Source: Mobula hypostoma (Eukaryota). From it: a stretch of DNA of 64,000 bases. Positions 50,450 to 64,000 of the stretch are shown here, piece after piece. The notes below the pieces were generated by a model. The model searched no databases. It was given only the letters and a program-made list of their open reading frames with translations, and was not told the origin of the DNA. Position 1 is the first letter of the stretch. The number at the start of each line of letters is the position of its first letter. Location: assembly GCF_963921235.1 (NCBI RefSeq), contig NC_086097.1, forward strand, positions 70,434,001 through 70,498,000, in the 5' to 3' direction. A program made the translations under genes and the position numbers.

Positions 50450-53400
50450 TCCTAATTCTGTAATGCTCGCAGCTTCCTTGTCGTGAAGGTCTCAGACCCA
50501 TGAACTTAAGGCGTTTATTGACTCTGGTGCAGCCGGGAATCTTATGGACATCTCTCTTGCTCAAAGGTGGGAAGTTCCAACTCAGGAATTAAGAGAAAAG
50601 ATCAATGTCAAGGCGATGGATGGTCGACCTCTAGGAACCGGCCAGATCCAGCCCCTCCAACTGGTGCTCGAAGGCAATCATCATGAAAAAATATCCTTCT
50701 ATCTGGTTAATTGTGGATGCATTAGTGATAATTTTTCAAAACTCTTTAGATTCTGGACTAGTTCCTGAGGATTGGAGGGTGGCTAATGTAACCTCGCTTT
50801 TTAAAAAAGGAGGGAGAGAGAAACCGGGGAATTATAGACCGGTTAGCCTAACATCGGTGGTGGGGAAAATGCTAGAGTCAGTTATCAAAGATGTGATAAT
50901 AACACATTTGGAAAGCGGTGAAATGATCGGACAAAGTCAACATGGATTTTTGAAAGGAAAATCATGTCTGACGAATCTCATAGAATTTTTTGAGGATGTA
51001 ACTAGTAGAGTGGATAGGGGAGAACCAGTGGATGTGGTATATTTGGATTTTAAAAAGGCTTTTGACAAGGTCCCACACAGGAGATTAGTGTGCAATCTTA
51101 AAGCACACGGTATTGGGGGTAAGGTATTGGTGTGGGTGGAGAATTGGTTGGCAGACAGGAAGCAAAGAGTGGGAAAAAACAGGGTCTTTTCAGAATGGCA
51201 GGCAGTGACTAGTGGGGTACCGCAAGGCTCAGTGCTGGGACCCCAGTTTTTTACAATATATATTAATGACTTAGATGAGGGAATTAAATGCAGCATCTCC
51301 AAGTTTGCAGATGACACAAAGCTGGGCGGCAGTGTTAGCTGTGAGGAGGATGCTAAGAGGATGCAGGGTGACTTGGATAAGTTAGGTGAGTGGGCAAATT
51401 CACGGCAGATGCAATTTAATGTGGATAAATGTGAGGTTATCCACTTTGGTAGCAAATACAGGAAAACAGATTATTATCTGAATGGTGGCCGATTAGGAAA
51501 AGGGGAGGTGCAACAAGACCTGGGTGTCACTATACACCAGTCATTGAAAGTGGGCATGCAGGTACAGCAGGTGGTGAAAAAGGCGAATGGTATGCTGGCA
51601 TTCATAGCAAGAGGATTCGAGTACAGGAGCAGGGAGGTACTCTGCAGTTGTACAAGGCCTTGGTGTGACCACACCTGGAGTATTGTGTGCAGTTTTGGTC
51701 CCCTAGTATGAGGAAAGACATTCTTGCCATAGAGGAAGTACAAAGAAGGTTCACCAGATTGATTCCTGGGATGGCAGAACTTTCATATGATGAAAGACTG
51801 GATCGACTAGGCTTATACTCGTTGGAATTTAGAAGATTGAGGGGGAATCTTATTGAAACGTATAAAATCCTAAAGGAATTGGACAGGCTAGATGCAGGAA
51901 GATTGTTTCCGATGTTGGAGAAGTCCAGAACGAGGGGTCACAGTTTGAGGATAAAGGGGAAGCCTTTTAGGACCGAGATGAGGAAAAACTTCTTCACACA
52001 GAGAGTGGTGAATCTGTGGAATTCTCTGCCACAGGAAACAGTTGAGGCCAGTTCATTGGCTATATTTAAGAGTGAGTTAGAAAGGCCCTTGTGGCTATGG
52101 GAATCAGGGGGTATGGAGAGAAGGCAAGTACAGGGTTCTGAGTTGGGTGATCAGCCATGATCATACTGAATGGCAGTGCAGGCTCGAAGGGCTGAATGGC
52201 CTACTCCTACACCTATTTTCTATGTTTCTGTGTAATTCTGTCAATGGTACTTGGTCTCCCCGGTTATCCTGACATAACCCACAGATCAATTAGTCTCTGA
52301 AGGTACTATACCTTCTGTGGGGACTGGCATGCCTGTCTACCTGTCTGGGTCCAGCTCAAGTTCTGTTCCATGAATTCCCTCCTGTGTCAGCTAAGGATGT
52401 GGACCTGTCTGGGATTCCGGGTAAATATGTGGATCTCCTTGAGGCTTTCAGGAAAAGAAAGACTACCACCCTGCCCCACACTGGCCATACGACTGTGTCA
52501 TAGACCTCCTACTTGGCACCAGTCCTCCCCTGGGCCAGCTCTTTTCCCTCTCTCGTCCTGAAATGGTGGCTATGGAGGAATACATCAAGGAGGTATTGGC
52601 CATGGGGTTTATCTGTTCATCAACCTCACTGGCAGGAGCGAGCTTCTTTGTTGAGAGCAAGAAAGATGGCAAGCTCCATCCCTGCATCGAATATCGCCCC
52701 CTGAACAGCATCACTGTGAAGAACGTTACCCTCTTCCCTTGCTGGCATCCGCGTTTGAACATCTCCAGGGAGCAACCATATTTTCCAAAATTGATCTGTG
52801 CAATGCTTACAATCTGATTCGCATAAGAGAAGGGGATGAGTGGAAAACGACTTTCCACACCTGTAATGGCCACTATGAATACCTGGTGAGGCCTTTTAGT
52901 CTGGACAACGCCCCCGCTGTATTCCAGGCTTTGGTTACTGATGTGCTCTGGGACATGTTCAACCAGTTTGTGTTTGTGTATTTAGATGACATCCTTATCT
53001 ATTCCCGCTCTCATCAGGAGCATGTTCAGCATGTCTGGAGAGTACTCAGACAGCTTCTTAAAAATAACCTGTATGCCAAGCCTGAAAAATGTGAATTCCA
53101 TAAATACCAGGTGCTGTTTTTGGGCTATATACTTACCCCATCCAGTGTTCAAATGGACCCTAGTAAAGTTCAGGCAGTTGCAGAGTGGCCCAAACCATCT
53201 ACAGTCAAACAGGTACAGCGCTTCATGGGGTTTGTGAACTTCTATTGCCACTTCATCTGGAATTTCGGCTCCATTGCAGCTCCAACTAATGCACTCACCA
53301 TGAAGACCTCGGCAGGATTCGGTTGAACAGACGATGCCAACCAAGCATTTTCCGGGATAAAGCGATGTTTCACCACTGCCCCACTGCTGCAACACCAGAC

Positions 53401-54483
53401 CCATCTCAGCCATTCAATGTCAAGGTCAATGCATCCAATGTAGGCGTTGGAGCTGTCCTCTCTCAGCACTCATTCACGGATAGCCGGCTGCACACTTGTG
53501 CCTTTTTTTCCCGTTGCTTGACTCCACCATTTTGATCGTTGTGGATCGATTTTCCAAGGCTGCCCACTTCATTGCCCTCCCCAGGTTCCCATCGGCTTGT
53601 GAGACTGCCACACTCATGGTTCAACATGTGTTCAGGTTCTATGGTTTTCCTCAAGACATAGCGTCTGATCCTGGACCACAGTTCACTCCCACTTTTGGAA
53701 GGTTTTCTGCTCTCTTGTAGGAGCCACGACCAGCCTCTCGTCTGGCTTCCACCCCCAACCTGATGGCCAGACTGAGAGAGTGAACCAGGAGTTGGAGACT
53801 ACCCTGTGCTGTCTTGCCTCTTCCAACCCCATGTCCTGAAGCTCCCAACTGGCTTGGCAGAGATTGCCCACAATAACCTCCAGTCGTCCTCCACCGGTAT
53901 GTCTCCCTTTGAGTGCCAGAAGGATACCAGCCCCCGCTCCTCCCCGATCAGGAGATTGACATGGAGATCCTGCTGCTGAACACCTGGAGATGAGCCAGGG
54001 CTTCTGTGCTGTGCGTCCAGAAACAGCATTCCCGGCAGGCCGATCGGCTCCATCGACAGGTAAGGCCATTCGAGCCAGGAGAGGAGGTCTGGTTGACATC
54101 AAGGGATCTTTCCCTGAAAGTTGAGAGCTGGAAATTGGCACCACGCTATGTGGGACAGTTTGCAGTGGAAAAAGCTGTCAACAAGGTGTCCTATAGATTG
54201 TGTCTACCAGCATCACTGAATATCCACCCAGTATTCCATGTTTCCCAGCTCAAGCCGGTTACTACCTCTCCCCTGACCCCAGTCACCCCACCTCCCCCCT
54301 CCTTTCTGCCTGGTAGATGGTTCCCTTGTCTACACGGTGCGGCGCCTCCTGGCATCTCACCGGGTACTTGGTAAGGTCGAGTACCTTGTGGACTGGGAAA
54401 GGGATGGTCCAGAAGAACATACTTGGAGCTCGGTGAGGGACATCTTGGACAAGTCGCTGATCCGGGACTTCCAGCGGACATAG
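50450..54483 (+). pseudogene. Sushi-type pol: protease, RT, partial RNase H, partial integrase, chromodomain
   Basis: [76 protein letters not shown] (from 54330). Confidence 0.9.
50710..52232 (+). mobile_element. Young CR1 nested in the chromovirus protease region
   Basis: Nearly identical to the reverse complement of 14040-15560; TAATT at both junctions. Confidence 0.95.
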
Positions 54484-54964
54484 GTCGTTGGCGCCTCGGG
54501 AGCTGCACCTAGAGAGGGGGGCCTTGTCACACCCACGGATTTGGCAGCGGAGTAGATACGGCAATTGCGCTTGCGAGTATGCACATGTTGGCTAATTATA
54601 ACTTAATTGTGATGGTATTTAACTCCGTACTTGTCGTTCTAGTGCTTGTTGAGACTTGGACAGAGCACAGCAACACTTCACTCCCGTTTGCATTCGGCCT
54701 TGCCTGAGAAATTGGACTGTCGAGTCAACTGACTCTGAAGACTAGAGGTATTTGTTTTATATTATAGTTGTTCTTTCAGCCTCAGTGTAGGCTTCATTTT
54801 TCCATTCTAGAGTTTTAGTTAGCGGCCCTGCTTGGCCTAGAGATTATTGTATTCTTTCCCCTTTAACACTGTTCTCATTAAAGTCTGTGAACTATCGACC
54901 TGCTTCAGTGACTCTCACTCCGCACTTGGGCCAGATCCAAACCGTAGTGACAATCTTTTCATAA

Positions 54965-55217
54965 AACATGGAGATGTCAGGGGTAAGTTTTTCATGCAGA
55001 GTGGTGAGTGCGTGGAATGGGCTGCTGGCAACGGTGGTGGAGGCAGATACGATAGGGTCTTTTTAAGATACTTTTGGATAGGTACATGGATCTTAGGAAA
55101 ATAGAGCGCTATGGGTAACCCTAGTAATTTCTAAGGTAGGGACATGTTTGGTACAACTTTGTGCGCCGAAGGGCCTGTATTGTGCTGTAGGTTTTCTATG
55201 TTTCTATGTTCTATGTT
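54965..55217 (+). mobile_element. CR1 3' end, same subfamily as 12980-13220
   Basis: Close match to 12980-13220; TTCTATG-repeat tail. Confidence 0.85.
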
Positions 55218-57444
55218 TTTAAAACAAAACCTTAGAGCTGCCATTGGAACTTCTGAAGAACCACAGGGCCACATCCTCCTCATCTTCCTATGCTCAGTAT
55301 AGAACCTAGCTAGGTCTGTACTCCCCCCAGCCCTCTCTCCCCACTCCCGAGTAGTTGTGGGGAACCCACAAGCTTTCCTTAGCTCTGCAACTGCATTCAA
55401 GCAGAGCCAAACCCTAAAATCTGTCTTGGGTCCCAATATGTTCCAATTAATGTACCACTGCTCTGCCAGCATTTAGACCACCAAGTTCCTCATCCCCAAC
55501 TCCAGAGATGGTGAATGATACAAGTAAAAGAAACATCAATTTTGTTTTAGAATTATGAAACGGGGGAATTTCACAGGACAAAATGTGGCTATCTTGCCCA
55601 TTGTGTGTGTGCCCGCTCTTTGAAAGGGTGAGGGAACATTCTTTGCTTTTCTTCTCCTTTCCTCTCTATCTCCATAACCTCTTTTAGCATCAGCATCTCC
55701 ATTCCCAGCCTCTCATCTCAATGCTTCTAGCTTCTTTTTCTTTATTCCCCTCCCCGCTGTTGTTGGCTCTGCCTGAAGCTGTCTGTGCCATATTTCCTTT
55801 CCTAAACTCCCATCTCTTCACGCCTTTGTTCTTCTCGAAGATTTGACATAACCACCCACCCACCAACAAAGACAAAACTTCTGTGGTCTATTCTTTGGCT
55901 TGATGTCTATTTGTTTTGATCCAACCCTTGGAATGCTTTTTCAACATTAAAGGACATAAGGTAGATGGAAGATTTTGCAGTTGATGAAGCTCACTGCAGT
56001 CAGAGGAGCATTAAAACCTTATCCATGAAGTGATATATTACAATCTACCGTGGCAAATTTAGCATCAATTATTGATCTTTATACTTGGCAGTAATGCTTT
56101 ATCATCAGGAAATTTACGGTTGTATTTGCTTTATATATTTGGTTCACTTAATTTCTGGATGGGATGTGATATCACTTTTGCAGATAGTTTTACCAATACT
56201 TTACGAGTATTATTGGAGATTGCATTTCTACTATATTCATTAACTCAAAGGCAATTTTCTCAGCTTAACACTATAATGAATGGTGCAATAGGTGATAAAT
56301 TGTAATCATCATAAATAAATATGGATTTGATATCCAATTTTCCCATTAATAGAAGTTGTAGTGCATGAAAATTGGAAGAGATCTGCTTTCTCTAAAAGTG
56401 GCTAACATCTGTCTACTTTGTTTGCTTGCTGACAGCCAGAATGAATCATTCACATCTGGAAAAAGAACAGACAAAATTAAACATTTCCCCAAATGTCGTT
56501 CCAGTGCCACCTTCCTTCACCATATAGGCGAATCATCTGTTTGAACACAATCATCCATTTTATCACTATTGAAGCTGTTTATATTCTGGTCCAAATGGGA
56601 GGATTCCTTCTGATTGCTACTGCACCAATCATGCTAAACTTGTGAAAAAGTGCAGCAGGACACATTCAGTGCATTAGTCATCAGGAATGGGTCAAAGCTT
56701 AAAGTCGAATCAAGATAGCAAAAGGAGTTGGATGAATGCATTGCAAAAGAGGGAGCAAGAACTCATGGTAAAGAGAGGAGGCAGGGTGTATAGTGTGAGG
56801 AAAATAGAAGGAAGTGAAGAGGTTGAGGAGGTGAAAGAGACGGAGCAGAGGACAAAATTGATGGAAGTAGAGAGAAATGACCTGAGAAGCAGGGACAGGG
56901 AATGGCATTTTGAATCAAGATGGAATGGAGGGGCTGCCAACAGGATCCCCGAAAAGAGACTTGAAGTCCACATGCTGAAAATGATGAGAATTGCAAACAT
57001 AATGAGAGTAGCCATGGAAAAATACAAAATTATCACCATGGATGGTCCCAGGCCTGTCTGCAAAAGAAGGAGGGTTGGACCTGGGGCTAGCAACCACATC
57101 CTGGGAAAACCCAGAGCTACAGAAACACCAATAGAGAAGCTCCAAAGATCTCATCCCTGGGAGAAGAAGGATCTTCACCCAGAAGGGTTATGAAGCCTTG
57201 GGGTGAAAGCGGAAGCCACAGGTTGATCACTGTTTGGCCTGGGACAGAGGACTCTGGCAAGCTGCTGTCAGTGGCCTACAGCCCAGTAGGGTTGATGGGC
57301 TTAAAAAGAAAAAGGTCAGTTAAGCAAATAGGCTTGAAATTAAGAGCAAAGATGTGGAAAGAATAGTTAAAATTCAGAATGATATTCTCCTGAATATCTT
57401 ATTAGATTGTCTTAGCTGTAAACAAGACCCACAATTGCCTATTC

Positions 57445-57742
57445 TCCACCAGGCCCATACACTGTTACCAGGACAAGGCACATGCCCTCTTCTCATGATT
57501 ACCATCAGGACAGAGGTACAGGAACCTGATACTCAGTGATTTAGGAACTGCTCCTTCCCTTTGATTGTTGGATTTCTCAATGGTCCATGACCCATGAGTA
57601 GTACCTCATTATTCCATATTTTGTGTTAATTTATTTATTTTTTGCAATTTATAGATCTTAATGAATTTGCACTGTACCGCTACTACAGAACAACAAATTC
57701 CATAGGTCATATGTCAGCGATAATACATCTGATCCTGATTCC
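57445..57742 (+). mobile_element. Rex-Babar-like 3' end
   Basis: Similar to 25250-25510; tail ATAATACATCTGATCCTGATTC. Confidence 0.65.
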
Positions 57743-58047
57743 AATGAGGAGGAGGTGTGACTCAAAAAACATGGATTTCCAGCTGTGGTGTGCAGCCAAT
57801 AGACGGTACGGTTAGTGCCTGCTGCACACAGCAGTCATAAAAATACATGGACAGTGCAAGGTTTGTATGCTGTCCACATTGGAAGCAAAGGACATTGGTT
57901 AAACACACATTGCAAGTCCCTAAAACAATTTTCAGGAAGTATTCCCAAATTCCCAAAGATTTTCAAATTCCCAAATACAAAGACTAACCAAATATAGAAG
58001 GGAAACTTTTGGGGAGAAGGTGTGGATCCTGGGCATATTTATTGAAA

Positions 58048-58364
58048 GATTTAAAGATCTTAAAGATTAGCTTTATGTGTCACATCTACATTGAAACATG
58101 CAGCAAAATGCATTGTTTGCCTCAAATCAAATCAGTGAGAATTGCGCTGGGCAGCCTGCAAGGGCCACCTCACTTCTAGCGCCAACCTAACATGCTCATG
58201 ACTTAGCAACCAAAACCTTATGTTTTGTGTTGTGGGAGAAACCAGAACACCTTGAGGAAACCACATGATCATGGGGCAACGTGCAAACTCTTTACAGACA
58301 GTAAGAGCCCCAATCTTACAGCTGGCGCTGTAATACCATTATGCTAACCGTATAACCATTGTGC
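58048..58364 (-). mobile_element. V-SINE with LINE-like tail
   Basis: Minus strand starts GGCACAATGGTTATACGGTTAGC; V-domain GTTCTGGTTTCTCCCACA. Confidence 0.7.
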
Positions 58365-59496
58365 CTTTGGTTTACAGTTGGTTCCAGCGACAGGGGAGTG
58401 TTACAACAGCTGAACAGAAGAATCAAGTGGATAGAACCACAATCATCTTGTGATCTTAATAGAGGGCTGCAAGGCATTCTTCAAATACTTCTTCCATTAT
58501 TATTTTCCCTGTATGAGGTATCTTGTGTTGCTTTCACAACAGCAGAGGCACAGGGTAGCTGAAAACCAGCTGGGTGGCAGGCATGCTCACTGAGACACGA
58601 CTTCATATGGGGTTGACTTTGCCCAAACGTAGTGACTCGGTCTCATGCTGTTTTCCCACAAGTTCTTCTTTCGCTCCTCAGCTTCAGCAATAGTGTTCTG
58701 GAAGTAGAAACTGACCAGGGACGGCAAAGGCAGTGGCCTTCTGATGAAGTAGCAAATAATACACCACATTCTGTCTTCTTAACAATGGTTACTTGAAGAT
58801 TGTAGAAGAGATAAAATGCAAATACAGTGCTGCATGAATTGGATTCATATCGGGGATGGAAAGGCAAATGAAAGGAGGGAAAGAAAAATTAGAGTAGAAG
58901 AGAAACAAAGAATAAAGAAAATTAGGATTCTTTAAAACAGGTATGCTTCAACAATTTACTGTCCAAAAGGAATGAGACTCCAGAATTCGAATTTTTCATC
59001 TTGTTGAGCCGACGTTAAGTAAAATTAAAGGAACAAAACTCAACTTATTTAAAATATATTTTCAGTGTTAAATACCAGCCTTAACTTCCAAGTGGAGTTT
59101 AACTGGCATCTATTGTAGAAATGGCACAAATCATTGATTTTCATAGGAAAGATGGAAGCAAATTCTCACGGTCATTTGGTTATAGGCAGTAGTTAGCAAA
59201 ATTTGATGACTTGCAATTTATAGGGTGATTCCTATTTGCCACAATTTCAGCAAATTGCAGCAAATCTGGGCCAGTGAATGGTGCACTGGGACTCTTCCTT
59301 TAAATTATCAGTTGTATTCCCTGTAAACTACAGTACATACCTCTTTCACCACATGTTTAGCATTGCATTTAAAGGATTAATTACGACTGAAAAACAATCA
59401 GACGTTGAAGAGCAATTCCACATACTTTCAAGGAGAATGTAAGTGGAGCAAATGTTTGAAATATGTGCTCATTATACCAAGCAGGATATTCTTTAT

Positions 59497-61535
59497 CAAA
59501 GTTCAAAGTAAACTTATTATCAAAATATGAATATGTCACTATATAGGATTCATTTTTTGGGGCCATACTCAATAAATCATTAATGGAATAATAACTTTAA
59601 CAGAATCAATGAAAGACCATACCAACTTGGGTGTTCGACCAGTGTGCAAACTGTGCAAATACAAAAAGAAAGAAATAATAATAGTAATAATAGCAACAAT
59701 AAATAAATAATAATAACAATAAATAAAAAATATCAAGAACATGAGATGAAGAATTCTTGAAAGTGAGTGCATAGGTTGTGGGAATGTTTCAGTGATGGGG
59801 AAAATGAAGCTGAGTGAAGTTATTCACTTTGGTTCAAGATCCTGATGGTTGAGGGCTAGTAATTGTTCTTCAGTCTGGTGGAGTGAGTACTGAGGGTCCT
59901 GTAATTTCTTCCTGCTGGCAGCAGCAGGAAGAGAGCATGTCCTGGGTGGTGGGGGTCCTTGGTGATGGATGCTGCTTTCCTGCGACAACATTTTGTGTAG
60001 ATGTGCTCAATGGTGGGGAGGGCATTAACTGTGATGGACCTGGCCTTATGCATTACTTTTTGTAGACATTCCAGTCAACGGCACTGGTGTTTCTATACCA
60101 GGCTGTGAAGCAACCAGTCAATATACTCTCCATCACATATCTATAGAATTTTGTCAATGTTTAGCTGTCAGGCAAACCTCTAAGGAACTAGAGGGGTTGT
60201 CATGCTTTCTTCATAATTGCACTTGCATGCTGGGCCCAGGACAGATATAATAACACTGAGGAGTTTAAAGTTGCTGACCCTCCCCACCTCTGATCCTGCA
60301 ATGAGGACTGGCTTATGGACCTCTGGTTTCCTTCTTCTGGAGTCAATAATCAGCTCCTTGATCTTCCTGACATTAAGAAGATTTTGTTATGGCACCACTC
60401 AGCCAGATTTTCAATCGCCCTTCAATGTACTGAATCATCACCTCTTTTGCTTCAGCCTACAACAGAGGTATCACCAGCAAATTTGAATATGGCATTGGAG
60501 CTGTACTGAGCCACACAATCATAAGTGCAAAGTGAGTAGAACGGGGGGCTGAGTACCCAGCCTTGTGGTGTAACTGTGTTGATGGAGATTGTGGAGGAAA
60601 TGTTGTTGCCAATCCGAACTGACTGGGGTCTGAAAGCGAGGAAATCGAGGATCCAATTGTACAAGGAGATATTGAGGCAAATCTCTTGGAGCTTATTGAT
60701 TGGTTTTGAGGAGATGATGGAATTGAATTCTGAGCTGTAGTCCATAAAGAGCATCCTGATATATGCAGCTTTGCAGCTCAGATGTTCCAGGGTGGAGTGA
60801 AGAGCCAATAAGATGTCATCTGCTGTGGAGCTGTGGAGCTGTTGCTCCGGTAGGCAGACTGGAGCAGATCCATGTCGCTTCTCAGACAGGAGTTGGTATG
60901 CTTCATCACTAATCTTTCAAAGTACTTCATCACTGTGAATGTAAGTGCTATTGGATGATAGTCATCGAGGCAGGTTACCATGTTCTTCTTAGGCACCGGT
61001 ATAATTGAAGTCTGCTTGAAACAGATGGGTACTTCAGACTGCCAAAGAGAGAGATTAAAGATCTCAGTGAACACTCCAGCACAGGTCTTTAGTACTTGGC
61101 CAGGTACCTCATTTGGGCCGGATGCTTTTAGTGTGTTCACCCTCCTGAAGGCTGTACCCACTTTGGCCTCTGAGACTGAAATCACAGGATCATCGGGGGT
61201 GGTGGGAGTTCATGATAGTTCCTCCAGGTTTTGATGGCAATAGCAAGCATATTGAGTTCATCTGGAAGCGAACTCCTGCTGTCATGGACGTTATTAAAAC
61301 AGTTGTAGATGAGTGCATCCCCACAAAATCATTCAGAGTCTTCCCCAACCAGAAGCTCTTTATGAAGCAGGCTATCCACAATCTGCTGTGGGCCAGGTCA
61401 GAGGCATTCAAGTCTGGTGACTAAAAAAGTTAAACTGGTCCAGGAATGACCTCCAGCAAGCCATCTCACAGGCAAAGTGACAATTCTGGACTAAACCTGA
61501 AACAACAAAGGATGCTTGACAGTTGTGGCAGTGTA
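59497..61535 (-). mobile_element. Rex-Babar-like LINE, ~2-kb RT-containing fragment
   Basis: KASGPNEVPG, IIPVPKK, MLFMDYSSEFN, PQGWVLSP, KFAGDT, KDPHHPGHALFLLLPAGR. Confidence 0.88.
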
Positions 61536-61724
61536 TGGATTGTATTCTTAACTGGCTGTATTCTACTCATACACTGAATGTGAGGTAATATTTTAATTTT
61601 AAGTCAATAGACCCCATGAGTTTTTATATTACTTTGAATGAAATTTTGATAAGAGTGTTGTTTATCTCCTTTTTAATCTCCTGTTTATCTCCCAGAGTAA
61701 CTTATATATTTTTTGCAAATCACA

Positions 61725-63135
61725 TCACTCAGCAGATCAGGCAGCATTGGTTGGAGAAAAGGATTTGCTGATGTTATGAGTCAATATCCTGAATCTGGTG
61801 TGAGTGTGGAGAGCAAAGATTGTGGGTAAAATAAAGGGGAGGGGTAGAGGAAAAGACAGGTGGGGTAGGTGGACTGAGGAGAGCTGTGGGATGCTGGAAA
61901 GATGGAGGCAGGTGGAGAGAGGGAGGGGTGGAACTGGGTGACAAAGAAAGGTGGGTGATAGGTGGAAGCAGACAAGGACAAACAAGAGGCAGATGGAGCT
62001 TGAGGATGAACTATGGAGACAGAGGCCAGAAGATGGTAAATTGAGTCATAGAAGCTACAAGACCTAGAATTTGATGATGCAGGAAGGTGATAATAGGAAC
62101 CATTTAAGGGAAAAGGTGAAGGTCAATTGAAACCAGATGGAAGAGGAGATATGGCGCTGAAGTCTGCAGGTAGTAGATGGATCCAAGAGTGGGAGCTGGA
62201 TAAAATGGGTTAAGAGGGACTTGGGGAGGACGGTTTATGAGAAAGAGAAAACATAAAAGGACTATAGGTAGATTGGAAGGCAAGAGAGATGGAAACACAG
62301 GAGAAAATAGAAATGGAAAATGGAAAATTCAACGTTTATATTTTTGGTTACAGGCTACCTAGCTGAAATATGAGGCAACACACATCAAAGTTGCTGGTGA
62401 ATGCAGCAGGCCAGGCAGCATCTCTAGGAGGAGGTACAGTCGACGTTTCAGGTCGAGACCCTTCATTGGGACTAACTGAAGGAAGAGCTAGTAAGAGAAC
62501 TGAAAGTGGGAGGGGGAGGGGGAGATCCAAAATGATAGGAGAAGACAGGAGGGAGAGGGATGGAGCCAAGAGCTGGACAGGTGACTGGCAAAAGGGATAT
62601 GAGAGGATCATGGGACAGGAGGCCCAGGGAGAAGGAAAGGGGGGGGGAACCCAGAGGATGGGCAAGGGGTATAGTCAGAGGGACAGAGGGAGAAAAAGGA
62701 GAGTGAGAGAAAGAATGTGTGTATATAAATAATGGATGGGGTACGAGGGAGAGGTGGGGCATTAGCGGAAGTTAGGGAAGTCAGTGTTCATACCATCAGG
62801 TTGGAGCCTACCCAGACGGAATATAAGGTGCTGTTCCTCCAACCTGAGTGTGGCTTCATCTTTACAGTAGAGGAGGCCGTGGATAGACATGTCAGAATGG
62901 GATGTGGAATTAAAATGTGTGGCGTTGTGTTTTCAGTTTGTGTGAGGCCTCACCCTGGCTTTGGAGAAGACTGAGGATGGGCGGGTGTGGAGAGCCAATG
63001 TAACAGGCATAAAGAAGAGAAGGGGAGGGGTGAGACAGTGGAATAAATTGGAAAGGTGGAGTGTGGCGTGTGCGAGATGCTGGTCAGGAGGATCCAGGTG
63101 GAGAGAAGGAGGGGTGGAGTTGGGAGACAAAGGGA
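61725..63135 (-). mobile_element. Old Penelope-like element (61725-62374 and 62925-63135) interrupted by a younger one
   Basis: CAGCAGATCAGGCAGCAT end, purine-rich UTR, degenerate GIY-YIG C-terminal sequence on both sides of the insert. Confidence 0.6.
62375..62924 (-). mobile_element. Penelope 3' fragment, same family as 654-1215, with mutated hammerhead (CCAAUGA)
   Basis: Close match to 654-1215. Confidence 0.9.
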
Positions 63136-64000
63136 AACTCTACTGCACGTTCTGTTCATGAAAGAACAGCTGTTTTATGTAAATCAATGGTAAATTTATT
63201 GATATTCAAGATTCATTTCTAGGTAACTCCAGTGAGATATTTATGCCAAACTTGAACATAAATTTCATTTGTGACCACTAATGTAATCGTACTGTATATT
63301 CTACTCCACGGGGCTTGTAAGCACAATACAGTCATTGAATTCTTCAGTTTGAGTTAATGGATAGTTTATAAATCCAAATATTACCTCCAGAACACAGCAG
63401 TCCTCTCATCAGGTTTTAAATTACTCTTTCTGAAGCTGATACAGGCATATTTAGTTACAAATCCAAACAAAGTACCGAAAATGTTTTTAATGGGTAAAGT
63501 GAGTTAAATATATAAGCTCATATGATGAAAAAAAGAGATTATGCAAATCAAACAGAGGTGATTAGGTGTATGAGACAGAGGGACAATGAATACAAGTGAA
63601 TCAGCTACTCTGAGTAACATTACAGATGCTACTATATCTATGAATAGCAATAAGGGTCATCACACCAGGAATAGCCAGATAAGATGATGCAGGTCAATTT
63701 ATCCAAAAGCTACTGTCCTTTCCTTTTGAGAAGGGAGGGCATTTCTCTAAATTACCGTTTTTAAGCTATATCTCTTACAACAGTCTCCATCAGTTGGCAT
63801 TGTTCCCTCACAATGCAGACGTTTTCTAACGCAATGTGAACCTGAGGATTGAACAATTGCTTCAGCTGCATTAACACACAGTTGATTATCCTCAGCACAG
63901 ACCACAATTTACACATTGAAACAACTAAATATTAATGTTCAGAATTAAAAATTAATGTGAGATCCCAAGGAAGAAGGTACTGAAAATGCATATATCATAT

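Larger units (their letters stand above)
48754..54952 (+). mobile_element. Decayed Ty3/Gypsy chromovirus of the Tf1/sushi group
   Basis: LTRs 48754-49180 and 54525-54952 (TG...CA); 5-bp TSD ATCTT (48749-48753, 54953-54957); PPT AGAGAGGGGGG (54511-54521). Confidence 0.95.

Noticed and set aside
56687..57193. 168-aa charged ORF
   Set aside because: Purine-rich composition with no recognisable domain or splice context; probably a chance frame or an old repeat

Overview
Eukaryotic, non-genic DNA made mostly of transposable elements. The repeat set (HE1-like V-SINEs, CR1 LINEs with TTCTATG-type tails, Penelope elements, Rex-Babar LINEs) suggests a cartilaginous fish, probably a ray; this is inference. 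I could not support any host exon. The window holds: two full-length but decayed Ty3/Gypsy elements with both LTRs and target-site duplications (TSDs), one with a PNMA-like gag and tRNA-Pro PBS (28577-35388, -) and one Tf1/sushi chromovirus (48754-54952, +); a rearranged BEL/Pao element; many CR1 and Rex-Babar fragments, several nested; one RTE LINE; three SINEs; an 80-bp hAT MITE; and about ten Penelope-like (GIY-YIG) pieces. Two observations stand out. (1) The Penelope ends carry minimal type-I hammerhead ribozyme motifs. They occur as a 2.2-kb palindrome, as ~190-bp mini-palindromes, and as ~95-bp stand-alone units that start at the ribozyme and have their own TSDs. (2) The chromovirus has no tRNA PBS; its PBS is complementary to its own LTR about 30 nt after a TATA box, the layout of self-primed reverse transcription. 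Coordinates were read by eye, and boundaries of old fragments are approximate.
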